This document shows positions 51,079 to 64,000 of a stretch of 64,000 nucleotides of DNA, in pieces. The DNA lies in the NCBI GenBank assembly GCA_964016885.1, contig OZ024743.1, positions 161,324,001 to 161,388,000 on the forward strand. The letters run 5' to 3'. Below the pieces are notes generated by a model. The model did no database searches. It was not told the origin of the DNA and saw nothing but the letters and a program-made list of their open reading frames with translations. Positions within the stretch are counted from its first letter, which is position 1; each line of letters starts with the position of its first letter. This DNA comes from Eledone cirrhosa. Taxonomy: Eukaryota. A program made the translations under genes and the position numbers.

Positions 51079-51559
51079 TATATATGTTATATGTGTGTGT
51101 GTGTTAGTATGAATATATATACTAATGTGTAATATGTATACTATATATGTAATATATATACTGTTGCTGTGGTTGTTAGTATGTGTATTTATATCTAGCC
51201 ATCCCGAGTGCTGGCTTTCTAGTTTATCAATTTACAGGTCAAGAAATTTTCAATATTTCTTAATTTGCTTTCATGCCACATCATTTTATTCTCAACTTTA
51301 CTACTTAAATTTATTACAAACAATTCTTTTTAAGAAAACTCATACATTTTATTTCAGATTATTTTTCCTCATATATATCATCATCATTTTTATATGCTAT
51401 TTTCATGTATACACATATGGAATATATATATCATACATATAGTGTTAACAATGTTTTCAAGGGTAAAATGGTCTAAATTATGGTTAAAGGCATGCTAAAA
51501 AACACCAATTATTTTAAAATAAAAACAGTCACCAGATATGATGGTTAGTTGCAATATAA

Positions 51560-53710
51560 GCAGGCTCCGCTCAGACAAATTAGCAACCCCAGATCAACAG
51601 CAGTAAACTACTTGTGGAAATGAAACAATGGGTGACACCTGTAGCTCCCAAGAAAACTCTCTCAACCCAGTGATGTAGCTATGACGAAGTGAAAAATGTC
51701 TGCCTCTAAAAAAGCCTAATCTCTGCAGGTTTGACGAAGTACTAGATTGGTGATTGGCATGAATAAGACCACCAAAACTGCAATAAGGTGAGAGGTATGA
51801 ACCATACCACACCGTCTTTCATGCAGATTAACAAGGGAGGCATTCAGGCCTAAATAGCGAGGCCTATTTGAAAAGTATATTGCAGTCTCCATTTCATGCC
51901 ACAAAAACTTGCAATGGGCATACAGCCTGTTCTGAGGGGCATAAATGGATGCACAAAGATTGCGTATCCTAGGACCCCAAAATTGGTTTGGAAGGGAACA
52001 AACCATGATAATTGAAACCCGGAACATCACAACCCTTACAGGTAAGAAGGAGGAACTAGTGAAGGAGGCAAATGCTACCATCTAGATATAGTCATGGTTT
52101 CATCAACAAAGTTATGTGGCCCTGGTACTGTAGATTTGGATGAAGGATAGAAACTCCACTAGAAATGGCAGCACAGACAGGAATGGTGATATTCATAAGC
52201 CCTTGGCTGTCGGAATGTGTTATGGACTGGATCCATTAGGAGGGAGGATTTGCTTCTTGAAGCTTAGACTGAAAGATGGGTGGTACAAGTTTATGCACCA
52301 AACAAGGAGTCCAAATACAGATCCTTCCTTGATGTAGTCATTGCATCATTAGGTGTAGTTAAGATTGATGGGAGACTTCAATGCATGTGTTGGCACTGAC
52401 CACCTGACATGGAAAGGAGTGATTGGAAAGAGCGGCAATCCTGATTTAAATATGAATGGTGAGGCCTTATTAGACATCTGTTCCAGCAATAGACACTATA
52501 TTATGAACACCTTCTTCCAGCTCAGAGGCATACATAAATATACATAGTATAAGAGGAATCAGGGGCAGAGATCAATAATTGATTTTGTTATTGTCACTGA
52601 TCTTTTCGATTCTGGATGTGCATGTAAAAAGAGGGACTGAGCTGTCAACAGATCACCATCTATTTATCTGCAACTTTAGACTACCTAAATCCAAAGAAGC
52701 CCACAAAACTGGCAGGTTCAGGGCGACCTACAGGAAAAAGTGGGAAATCTTGGTGGAGAAGGAAGTCAGAACCAGGTATTGCATCCAAATTCAGAGAACT
52801 CACTGAGGACATTGAAATGGAGTGGAGATTGTTCAGCTCAGCAGTTTCTGCTTCGGCTGTTAAATGCTGTGGGCAAAAGAGGCTTGGTGTAGCATTGAAT
52901 GGCACAAGGACCCCTTGGTTCAATAAAGAAAGCCTACAATGCTTAGTTTGGAAATAAGTCCTCCTTCTTGCACTTGTGGTACAAGCAGGCAGTGGGGATA
53001 GTAAAAGCGTCCAAAGTTAAGACATGGGAGCACTTTGTGGTTAAGCTGGAATCTGACTTCAGATCAGCAAATAAAGTGTTCTGGCAGCCCATCCGCTGAC
53101 TTCATAATAAAAAGTCCTCCTCTACACCTGCTATTAGGAATACATCTAGTGTTCTCCTATCTTCAGAGAGGTGCATCCTTGCAAGCTGGAGAGAATACTT
53201 TACTGCCCTTCTAAATCTGATCACAATAGCATCTTCTGATGTACATGAGGGGCATCTGGGAGCGGTGACTAATCTCTTGGAGGCTGAAGTCCCAAGAGCA
53301 ATTAAATGTGGCAAAGCCACTGGGGATGATGAAATGTGGCTCGAGATATTAAACACCTTAAATAAAGAAGTTATTCTCCTGGCTGACTCAGGTGTGCTGG
53401 GTAGTCTTGATCTTTAGAAAGGCACCCAAGCAATGGCAATCAGGAGTGATAATCCCAACTTTCAAAAAGGTAGGCAAGAGCGATTGTTCCTATTATAGAG
53501 GGATCTCCTTGTTAAGCCTCCCTGGTAAAGTCTATGCTAAGTGTCTGGCAAAGAGATGAAAGGAGATCATTGAGTTCAAACTAGTTGATGAACAGTGTGG
53601 TTTTCACCCTGGATGCAGCATAGCTAACCAAATATACACAAGGCAGCAGGTCTTTGAAATATTGTGGAGTACTGTCAAGTACTCCACAATAGCTTTGTAG
53701 ACCTTGAAAA
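51560..53710 (+). mobile_element. Expander/Rex3-like RTE 5' portion (probable UTR, APE, start of RT), degraded
   Basis: NITTLTGKKEELV; MGDFNACVGTD..WKGVIGK..LNMNG..IMNTFFQ; LSTDHHL; YRGISLLSLPGKVYA; EQCGFHPGCS. The 5' boundary is approximate. Confidence 0.85.
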
Positions 53711-55439
53711 TCAGAAGGTGGCAGTGGCTAGGATTTTTTTTAATGTTAAATATTGGGTGAATATTGGTTAGGTTGCAAACATTGCTGCTAAAACATTTCA
53801 AATAGATTTCAAAAACATAAAATCAATTGACTTAACTTATATTTAATCAAAGCTCTCTTCCAAATCATTCAACCTATTGTCAACTCTTTCCTCTGATATC
53901 AGATTATAGGCATCTATTGTTCTTATTTTCTGCAAGTTATCCTTTGGCAAATGAACATTTATTCATGGCAGTAAAAAGTCTTTCCTCATTAGCATTTCAA
54001 TCAGCAATATAAGTAGTTTTAATGCTGAGACAGCTCTTTGAACAGATTTCCTCTAGCAAAATTTCTATATAAAAAAACTAAAATAAGAAATTAAATAATA
54101 TTCAAAATTTCAACCCAGGATCCCTTCCATGGCCGCTTCTATTAAAAGTCTATTTTAATTACGGTTTCATCATTATTATGAAAATATTTTGCAATTCCTA
54201 AAATTGCAGGTCTGATATGTTTAAGGCATTCAGACGTACCAAGATATTTCTTGGGTTCTAAATGTTTGAAATTATCTGGTAGTCGCTGTTGCTCAATGAC
54301 AAATTTAATGCATATTTTATTTTCTGCTTGTTGAGAAAATTTACATTGGGAGAGTTTATTGACAAACAGAAAACTAAGGTAGAGTTTTGAGCCTATAAAA
54401 TCTAGTAGATACTCATCTTCTTTAGATATTTTCTAGTATGCAAATAATTGTTAATTCTTTATGTTTAGAGGTATTTCTTTAAAAAAGAAACACTTTAAAA
54501 TTTATACATAATTTCAGCTCTTTACATTTCCAACTATGGAAAAATGGCAATGTAGTTCAACCCATTGCTCAAAAATTATTTTGAGAGCCATCTAATTGTA
54601 TTGAACTAGATAAGTCAGGCTTCAATAGCAAATTTAACTGGCAGATTATATCAGCAATGGAAACATTGTTTTCTTGGTCTAATTTCATGATTAGCTCCTT
54701 TCCTGTTTCTCATTCTTCTTTTCTTAATATTCATCATTGTTAATTTGTTAAATATTTTACTGTTTCTGTGTGATTTCTTTTCCTTGTTGCTATGTCCTAA
54801 AGGAGGTTGTTCTCATCTCACCCACCCTGGCTTGTAAGCCTATGTATACAGCCTGTATGAATTCTGTTCTCTTATGATGTTTTGTAATATTTCAGGTGAG
54901 ATTAAAGTGAAATATTCATAGCAGTGTATAATATATATATACTAATTGCATATACAGGGCTAACACTAGTCATGGTAGTGGGGTGGATAGAGTAGCCATG
55001 TGCGAGAACACCTCAGCCTTCATCAAGCTATCACACAACCTTTTCCCCTTCCAGCTACACAGAACTAACAACTGTCAAGATACAAATCTCAGGACTGCCA
55101 CCCTCAATTCTGGCACCCCGAAAAAGAAAACTGGGGAACATATCAAACCCAACAATAACAACAAAAAATTCCAATTTGCAGTTGATTCCTCTAAGCTCAC
55201 TACAATGAAATAGTAAAGAGCTAAAATAACACACCTGCACTAAATCTCAAATGTACACAGTGCTTCTGAAATGCATCAAATCTTATACATTTGTACTAAA
55301 TTGGTAACACTGAGTACATACATATGTTTTCCTCGGCAAGCAACATGTAGCCACTCACCCCTACCACTACTGCCTCACCTTGGCCAAGAACACAATGAGC
55401 ACCTAAATGTCAAAAAATAGTAGTGCTGTTGCCATTATT

Positions 55440-55658
55440 AATGCACTCAGCTCGCATTGTAAAAAGGTAGTCCTGGTGCCATAATAAAAGTACCCAGTCC
55501 ATCCTGTCAGATGGTAATGGTTTACCATGACAAAATGTGTGATTGGCATTAAGAAGGGTATCCAGCCATAGAAACCATGCCAAATTGGAACACGACATGT
55601 CTGGTCTCAGAATATGACAACCTGCATGGAAAATATGCAAAATGGTGATGATGATGAT
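55440..55658 (+). mobile_element. RTE-tail short element
   Basis: tggtgccataataaaagtacccag; gaagggtatccagccatagaaacc; (gat)n end. Confidence 0.6.
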
Positions 55659-55709
55659 ATACATGTTAATGCCGATATATCACCATCATCCTCTTAGTTT
55701 GTTTTAATT

Positions 55710-55748
<39 letters not shown>

Positions 55749-56739
55749 TCCCACCCTTGCAAGCAGGGAAAAGCAGACGTAAAATGAAATGATGATGGTA
55801 CTCAAACTGAAGCATATATTGACCTTTATATTTTGCCTTGTTTTATACAAATTAAAGTTGCTATTATTATGTGGCTGCTTACCCTGTTCAACATAGCACT
55901 CAAATCTCTTCCAAATTACATTCTACTCCCTTAACATGACACATTGTATAATATAAACATTGTTCAGCTCAAGACTATAACAAGAGACACTTCGCAATGA
56001 AAAAGGATGTAAAGCTATGTGGTTGCAAAGTGACCTTATTAGCCTCTCACAGCCATGCTTGTACTTATAGTTCAAATTCTGTGGGTGGATATAGTCAGTT
56101 AAATTAAGGTGCCTAGTTTATGAACTCCAGTATGATGAAAGGCATAATTGATCTTAACACTTTAAATTCCAGAACAGAAAGAGACATGATTAAATATACT
56201 ATGTCAAAGTATTTTGTTTTTCATCCTTCCGAAGTTGATAAAATAAAACAGCAAATCACTGTGTAGTTCATCTAAGCAATTATACCTCCCCCACAAGAAC
56301 ATAAGGTTGTGAGTTTGGTTCCATAATTGGGTGGTGTGTTGTGTCTTGAGCAAGATGCTTCATTTCATGTTGCTTTTCACGATAAGATTCCTATGAGATG
56401 CAATCTTGTAAGAGATCAGTTAAATCTACATAGATGTCAGCTGTGAATTCGATATAATTTTTTTTTTTTTCACAAGATGTGTGGCCTTGTGCTTATATTA
56501 AGGATCCTTATTAGCCAGTTGTACTAATTATAATTAGTGTAATCATCTTTGTTGAAGCCAATTACTCTGCAGACTAAATGCGTATAAAATATGAAACATC
56601 AACCTCATTAGCTACTAATGGAGGTAATATCATATGGAAGAGTTTAAGTAGTTATTAATTAAGCTATATATAATATTAATGGAAGTATCCTGTATGACAA
56701 AATAAAATATATTGTAGGTAAATATATGAAATAAATATT

Positions 56740-56921
56740 TGTTTCTACTTTTGGCACAAGACCAGCAATTATTCCAGTGTATTACTGGTACTTTATTTTA
56801 TCGACCCCATAAGGATGAAAGGCAAAGTTAACCTCGGCGGGATTTGAACTCAAACCATAAAGGGCCGTAACTCTTTGCTGCAAAGCATGGTGTCCGACCC
56901 TCTACCGATACTGCCAATCCA
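56740..56921 (-). mobile_element. tRNA-derived SINE with 12-bp TSD
   Basis: TSD gaaataaatatt at 56728-56739 and 56922-56933. Confidence 0.9.
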
Positions 56922-59029
56922 GAAATAAATATTGAAGACAGGATAGTATGATATAATTTTTTTTTTTTTTTTTTTTTCTGAAATATAGTTTCAGAAGCCA
57001 GATGGAAATGTTATGATACTGGCTTTATTGAGCTTACCATATTATCTCTCCTCTGTGATATCATGATTCATTGTAGAATCATCATTCATTTGTTCTTTTT
57101 TATTAGAATTAGTGGAATGTGGTTGATTATGCATATATAAAAGAGACAAGGAAAGAGTCAGAGAACACTGGAACAGTTTGTGTACTTAATAAAGTATGCA
57201 ATCTTCCATGTACGTATCTAAACAGAAAAGAGTTAAAATGAGAACATAAAATCAATAAATAACAAATATAAATGTTGTTGTATCACACTAAGTCAGCCCT
57301 GCTTTAACAGACATGATCAAAAGTGCTCCAGTCATGACCATCCAGTTATTTAGTGTATCAATAATTAGAGTGTTCAATGTGTTTTTCCTTTTTAAAAATG
57401 GTAGGATGTGATTTTATGGAAATTTGCCTACTATATCTAACAGGTCATCTACATGGGGGCTCCCTCATTGGGTCCTCATGCTGCTTCAGATGTTTTAATA
57501 ACTGGTGGTCTTAATGATGCCACATATGATATATTATGGGATCTGACAATTAAACATGTATATCATGTAGAAGTAGTCATATGATCTAATAATACCATAG
57601 GCAATACTAGTAATGACATGTCACAAGGCCACATGATGCCACAACTATTTTTGCATTGTCCAATGATTGTACATTACTGACATTATATTGCCACTTGATC
57701 TAATGAAGTTTGTGTTTCACTGCTTATGGTTTCATGCTCTTCTGGGGCATCCCTGCACTAGAGTTTCAGTGCATAACAATGTTATTACTCTTAATTTAAA
57801 TGTAAAGGCTTTTAGTTCAAATACTGTATGTATTAGATCATACACACATCCAAGAACATGACATCTTATGATAATTTGAAATGTCAAACCTGTCAAATAT
57901 AGTGTAGATGTAAATATACCAACTAAAAGTTAATTTCATAATCTGGTTTATTATATTATTTTTATCCTATTTATATAGACTGAGTTAGTGAAAGGCAAGT
58001 ATTGTAGCCATAGATTCATCTCAACACCAATAACAGAGTATGAACCATCAAAGGGCTGGACATATGATTCACCTAGCTGTATTTTACAATTGATAGCTAT
58101 AAGGGAAGTTAAAATAAACAATTAAACAACCCTTAAGTTTTGATTGTTTTGAAAACTAATAAAAACCATATAGATAGTCTATTATTGTTATAATTAGGGT
58201 CAGGAAAGGGATGAACAAACAATTAGTGTCATGATTCTTTTCTTCAATCAAGTTTGTTTTTTGTTTTTCTCTGGAACGTAACAATTCAACCTTGTGCTAT
58301 CCAATTTAGCATGACATGGGAATTAACCCACTTTTAATATCAAACTGCCTGAAACATGACTTTATTTTAAGGTGTTTATATTTATCTAAAATCTTTCTCT
58401 TGTGATTTTATGTAAGAGCCTTTCTTAAGTTATATTTCAAACACCTGTTTAACAATGAGAAACTTATATATATTACTAAATCTTTTCAAATTCTTGATTA
58501 TTTTCAAAATTATTTGAAAATTAGTGTCTTTCACTAGAGAGGGTTAACTAGAAAGGATTAAAAACCCATTTCTACATTGTAAAGCTTATTGACTTTCAGG
58601 AAATGGTTAAATTCTATATGTAATTTTGAATAACATTAGTTTGTGAAGCAGAGCAAATTCTTTTCTGTTTAAATATCTGTTGCATATCATATCATACAGC
58701 CCATCATGCTGCTCATATTTTTTTAAGAACTTCTCAAATTTCTCCTTGTTAGTGTATGCATTGGAAAGTTGGTGTCAGAATAGTTTCCTCTTTACACATG
58801 CAAGCCTGAAATATAACCAAATTATCAAAGTCTAGACTCAAACTATTTAACTGTTTAGTAGCCTTCATTTTGTAATAACTACTTTCAGCTTTTGAATAAA
58901 CAAGTTATGCTTTACCAGGCCTTTGATTTCTTTCTATTGGTTTTTCTTGTTCTTTTCTATTTTTTTGCTATACACTTTTAGTCATTGGACCATGTCTCTC
59001 ATTATTTCTTGTATTAGCATCAATGTGGA

Positions 59030-60376
59030 AGATTGGCAGAGTCGCTAGAGCCTTAGATGAAATAAATGCTTAGCAATATTTCTTCCAGCTCTTTATGTTC
59101 AGAGTTCAAATTCTGCATGAGTCAACTTTGCTTTTCACCACTCAAGTACTGGAGCCAATGTAATCCCATCTTCTCAAAATCGTCATCCTTGTGCCTAAAT
59201 TAGTAACCATTACTAGTACTATCATTATAGTTTTTGTTCTTGTTATTGTAAGGGCTGTGGATTGGCTGAATCCTTAGAGCATCAAACAATTTTTGTTTCA
59301 ACTCCTTACTTCTCATGTGATGAACTTTGCCTTTCATTTCTTCTGATGTCAATAAAATAAAGTTTTAGTGAAGTACTAGCGTCAATATAATTGATTCTCC
59401 ACCCACTCCAAATTTCTGGCCTCTTACATAAAAATTATTATTATTAAGGGCGGGGGATTGGCAGTATCGGTAGAAGGTCGGACACTATGCTTTGCAAGCA
59501 TAGAGTTACGCCTCTTTATAGTCTGAGTTCAAGTCCCGCCGAGGTTCACTTTGCCTTTCATCCTTACGGGGTCGATAAAATAAAGTACCAGTCAAGCACT
59601 GAGGTCGATTTAATCGACTTTCCCCTCCCCCAAAATTGCTGGCCTTGTGCCTATATAAGAAACCATTATTTGAATTGGCAGTTGACTTTGCCGAGGTTGA
59701 CTTTGCCTTTCATCCTTACGGGGTCGATAAAATAAAGTACCAGTAATGCACTGGGTAATTGCTGGCCTTGTGCCTAAAGTAGAAACAATTATTTGAATTG
59801 GCAGTATCGGTAGTGGGTCGGACGCCATGCTTTGCAGCAAAGAGTTACGGCCCTTTATGATCTGAGTTCAAATCCTGCTGAGGTTAACTTTGCCTTTCAT
59901 CCTTACGGGGTCGATAAAATAAAGTACCAGTAATACACTGGTATAATTGCTGGCCTTGTGCCAAAAGTAGAAACAATTATTAATATTATCATCATTGCCC
60001 TCATGGCAAATAAAATGGAAGAACTGTTAGAGTATTAAAGTGCCTTGTTGTATTTAGTTGTGGCCTTTTATGTTCTGAGTTCAAATCCCAGTAATGTCAG
60101 CTTTGCCTATCATCCTTCTGGGATTGATAAATTCAAGTGCCAGTTATATACTAGATTGTATCCCTCTCCCAGTGTTTGAAATAATTGTTTCTACTTTTGG
60201 CACAAGGCCAGCAATTACCCCAGTGCATTACTGGTACTTTATTTTATCGACCCCATAACAATGAAAGGCAAAGTTAACCTCGGCGTGATTTTAATTCAGA
60301 CCGTAAAGGGCCGTAACTTTATGCCACTAAGCATATTGTCCGATGCTCTACCGATACTGCCAGTGTTTGAAATAAT
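59030..60376. mobile_element. SINE cluster (about seven copies, old and young, nested)
   Basis: Plus copies at about 59030, 59250, 59449, 59684, 59795 and 60010; minus copy 60186-60359 with TSD ccagtgtttgaaataat. Confidence 0.85.
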
Positions 60377-60551
60377 GTACTTATGTAAAAAATCTTTATT
60401 GTTGTTGTTATATGACCATTTTATTTCTGGGCTTGTTAGTAAGGTTTCATTGCACTTTTCTCCACTCTTATTACATGACTGGTACCAATCTAATCCACCA
60501 ATTATTTATTTCAAATCCTAAAAGTGAGATATTTAAGAGATGCTGGTGAAG

Positions 60552-60866
60552 TACTTTCGGATCACAAATAATAGAGGGGAGGTAAAATAAATAGGGGTTG
60601 TTGGAAAATCAGTAATTTTTCTAGGTTGTCTCCCTTGATTTTTTTTAAAAACCAGAATTAGTTGTTTAGTTTACATATTGAGATCCCAACCCATCCTATA
60701 CATATTATAACGTATGGGATTTCTAGTAATGTGATTTTTGTCATGTATAATGATTTTTAATTTCTTAAGAGAATTAATTATCACAGGAATGCTACCACTT
60801 GAAATAAAATTTTGACAATTAATAAGTTTGTGGCAAGGGCATTTGATTATTCGAGACTTCAGACTA
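60552..60866 (+). mobile_element. MITE copy 2 of the 1323-1673 family
   Basis: tactttcggatcacaaataat...attattcgagacttcagacta; shared aattagttgtttagtttacatattgaga and cacaggaatgctaccactt. Confidence 0.75.
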
Positions 60867-60924
60867 ACTCAGAAGTAGAATATCAGTTTCAAAGTTTTGG
60901 CCTGTCTCCATTTAGTGGCTAAAT

Positions 60925-61606
60925 ACCATCATCACCATCATCACAATCATCACCATCATCACCACCAACACAATCATCACCATCATCACCACCTACACAA
61001 TCATCACCATCATCACTAAAAACACAATCATCACCATCATCACCACTAACACCATCATCACCACCAACACCATCATCACCACCAACACAATCATCACCAT
61101 CAACACAATCATCACCATCATCACCATCAACACCATCATCACCACCAACACCGTCATCACCACCAACACCATCATCACCACCAACACCATCATCACCACC
61201 AACACCATCATCACCACCAACACAATCATCACCACCAACACAATCATCACCATCGTCACCACCAACACCGTCATCACCACCAACACCATCATCACCACCA
61301 ACACCATCATCACCACCAACACCATCATCACCACCAACACCATCATCACCACCAACACTACAAGCACAATCATCACCATCATCACCACTAACACCATCAT
61401 CACCACCAACACCATCATCACCACCAACACCATCATCACTACCACCAACACCATCAACGCCACCAACACCATCATCACCACCAACACCATCATCACCACC
61501 AACACCATCATCACTATCACCAACACCATCAACGCCACCAACACCATCATTACCACCAACACCATCATCACCATCAACACCAACATCACTACTAACACCA
61601 TCATCA
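60925..61606. repeat. CAY/CAA trinucleotide-derived minisatellite (about 18-bp unit accatcatcaccaccaac)
   Basis: Direct reading. Confidence 0.95.
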
Positions 61607-61991
61607 AAAGCTTTCCAGACATGCCCATCCTATCTTTTTTTTCACGCATACAATATCCCAGGCTTTATTATCCAGTCTGACATTTTTTAAAGATATAGGG
61701 TATAGTTTAATGGAGATAGACTGATATTTTTATTGGAACAAACGATCAGATAGAGGCTTCCTTGCTATCTTATATGCAACATATTTATAGGTAAGAGTGA
61801 AGTCAATTAAATTAACACCAGCATATTACTAGTATATTTTATTTATTTCCCCTACATGACACTTCACACTGACAGATGAAAGCCAAAGTCAACTCAGTAT
61901 ATAATGGTAAATAATTAAATACCACCACAAGGTATGATTTTTTACTGTTTGTGCCATCCACCCAGCTCCAGTCACATAACAGTCACACAAT

Positions 61992-62482
<491 letters not shown>

Positions 62483-62859
62483 ATAACTAAGTTGCTTATC
62501 TGTAAGAGTCGCATTGCCACAATTCATTGATAAACTGGTATAAGCAAGTAAGAGGGCTCCACATCAGTTGTATATATCCACCATTACAATGGCAATCAAA
62601 TGCTACAGAGTTTTTATATATGAATTAATGTTATGCAAGATGTTACATAATCGTATTTATTGTATAATACATATTTCAGTGACACTAGTGTGCAGCCATT
62701 ATGCAATCATGACAATAGCAACAGGCACCGGTGAGATATCATCAGATATTAACACAATTATGTGAAGAAGTTAACATGCTGCTGGCAAATGCTTCCATGT
62801 TTGCAAAAGTCCAGTGAACATATTACTTGGCAATAATTTTTTCTTCCTTTAGTTTTTAT

Positions 62860-63505
62860 GTGGTATTGGTGGATTCCATAAACTCTAGGATTTGTTGATT
62901 AATTTAAAATAAGGCACACTTATTTTCTCACTTAGGCATACAGACTTAATCCAGGAAGAAATAAATGTCATTCATATGGTAAGGAAGACACTGATTAGAT
63001 GTAAGGACGACATTTGGATAAGAAAGGGTTAGCTGGACAATTTCCATATCACAATGGTGTCCAGCAACTCAGCTCAGGTGACTAACTGAGTAGGCATATA
63101 AATTCTGAAAAAACTGATGAAAAAGATTCTGGTCCTCTGTGGGGAACTATTGCGATGATGCCCTGTTAACATTACTCAACCATAATAGAAGTTTGCTAGA
63201 AAGAATGAAGAAGAAACAAATTAATTTTTCAAAAATGATGTAGAATTCGATAGGAACAGGAAAATAGTAGACTTCTCAGATGTAACCCTCAACTTAGAAT
63301 CTGGTCTACACTACCCTTATCTTAAGCCAAATGAAAATCTAAAATATTTTAATGCAAATCAAACCACTGCAAGTCTTTTGTTAAATGCATCATAAATAGC
63401 ATCTCCAGGATGATTTCTTCACTGTTGGCGAACCAGGAAATATTTGAAAACAATGCAATAATAGTGCCCTGACTAGAACAGGCTACAGAGAGAGGATTAG
63501 ATATA
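62860..63505 (+). mobile_element. Decayed Naiad-type PLE RT fragment
   Basis: EEINVIHMVRKTLI..IWIRK; ITMVSSNSAQV; GNYCDDAL; VDFSDVTLNLESGLHYPYLKPNE; NSISRMISSL. Confidence 0.75.
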
Positions 63506-64000
63506 TATATATATATATAAGCATGATAGGGACATGGCTAAAGGAAATGGCACTATAAACAATATTAACGTTCAGAAGAACCCAGTTAGAACAGTGGATG
63601 GAGCTACACCACCCATCCTAGGCTACACAATGCACCCCCACCACTACACACGCACATAGTTGTAAGAACCACTAGGATAAATAAAAATCAGGAAAGAAGC
63701 CAAATTAAAACTAGCCCTAGTCTACCTAGAAGTGACAGGTGATGGAAAACTGTAAATGTAGAAATAATAGCAGATACTGTCAAAGGTGGAACCCATCTAG
63801 CGACTAGGAGCCTGAATCTGGAGAAGAAAACATAGGTAAACTACAAATGGACAAAAATGTATTGACACAGGATAGCCAAATAACAGATAGGACTATTGAA
63901 ACACATAGGCAAAGACAAATGACCACCAGGATGGATTACCACATGACTTCCCTCAAACTGATGGTCACATGAGCTCTAAATCAAGCACTTCTAGATCACA

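Noticed and set aside
53830-54700. Possible degraded hAT transposase on the minus strand
   Set aside because: Weak resemblance only; no continuous frame or TIRs.
58323-58547. Second piggyBac-like MITE (ttaaccc...gggttaa)
   Set aside because: The TIR match is only about 7 bp and there is no second copy in the window.
60993-61649. 218-aa Val/Met/Leu-rich ORF resembling a membrane protein
   Set aside because: It is the reverse reading of a CAY/CAA minisatellite; no splice or domain evidence.

Overview
AT-rich, microsatellite-dense animal genomic DNA with no recognisable conserved host protein-coding gene, probably intronic or intergenic. The repeat repertoire suggests a coleoid cephalopod such as Octopus (inference only). 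Almost all interpretable signal is transposable elements. These include a near full-length but dead RTE LINE (about 18104-21900, minus) whose RT region carries a C4HC3 PHD-type finger and lacks its YADD motif, many further RTE pieces from two families, and Dong/R4, CR1-like and mariner relics. There is also an internally deleted Helitron, piggyBac-, hAT- and TA-ended MITEs, and about 20 tRNA-derived SINE copies, several with clean target-site duplications. The most notable signal is a set of Penelope-like retroelement (PLE) pieces from two lineages accompanied by minimal type I hammerhead ribozyme motifs: one with an intact core (130-188), one with a very long palindrome-bearing stem II inside an inverted-repeat mini-element (24950-25910), and several decayed copies. 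Also seen: a bipartite RTE-derived non-autonomous element next to (TA)n arrays, 64-bp and 228-bp palindromes, repeated SINE insertion at one site, and a speculative two-exon 53-aa secreted-peptide ORF on the minus strand. I see no strong evidence for a wholly new biological system; the best leads are the ribozyme-bearing mini-elements. All calls are by eye, without database searches.
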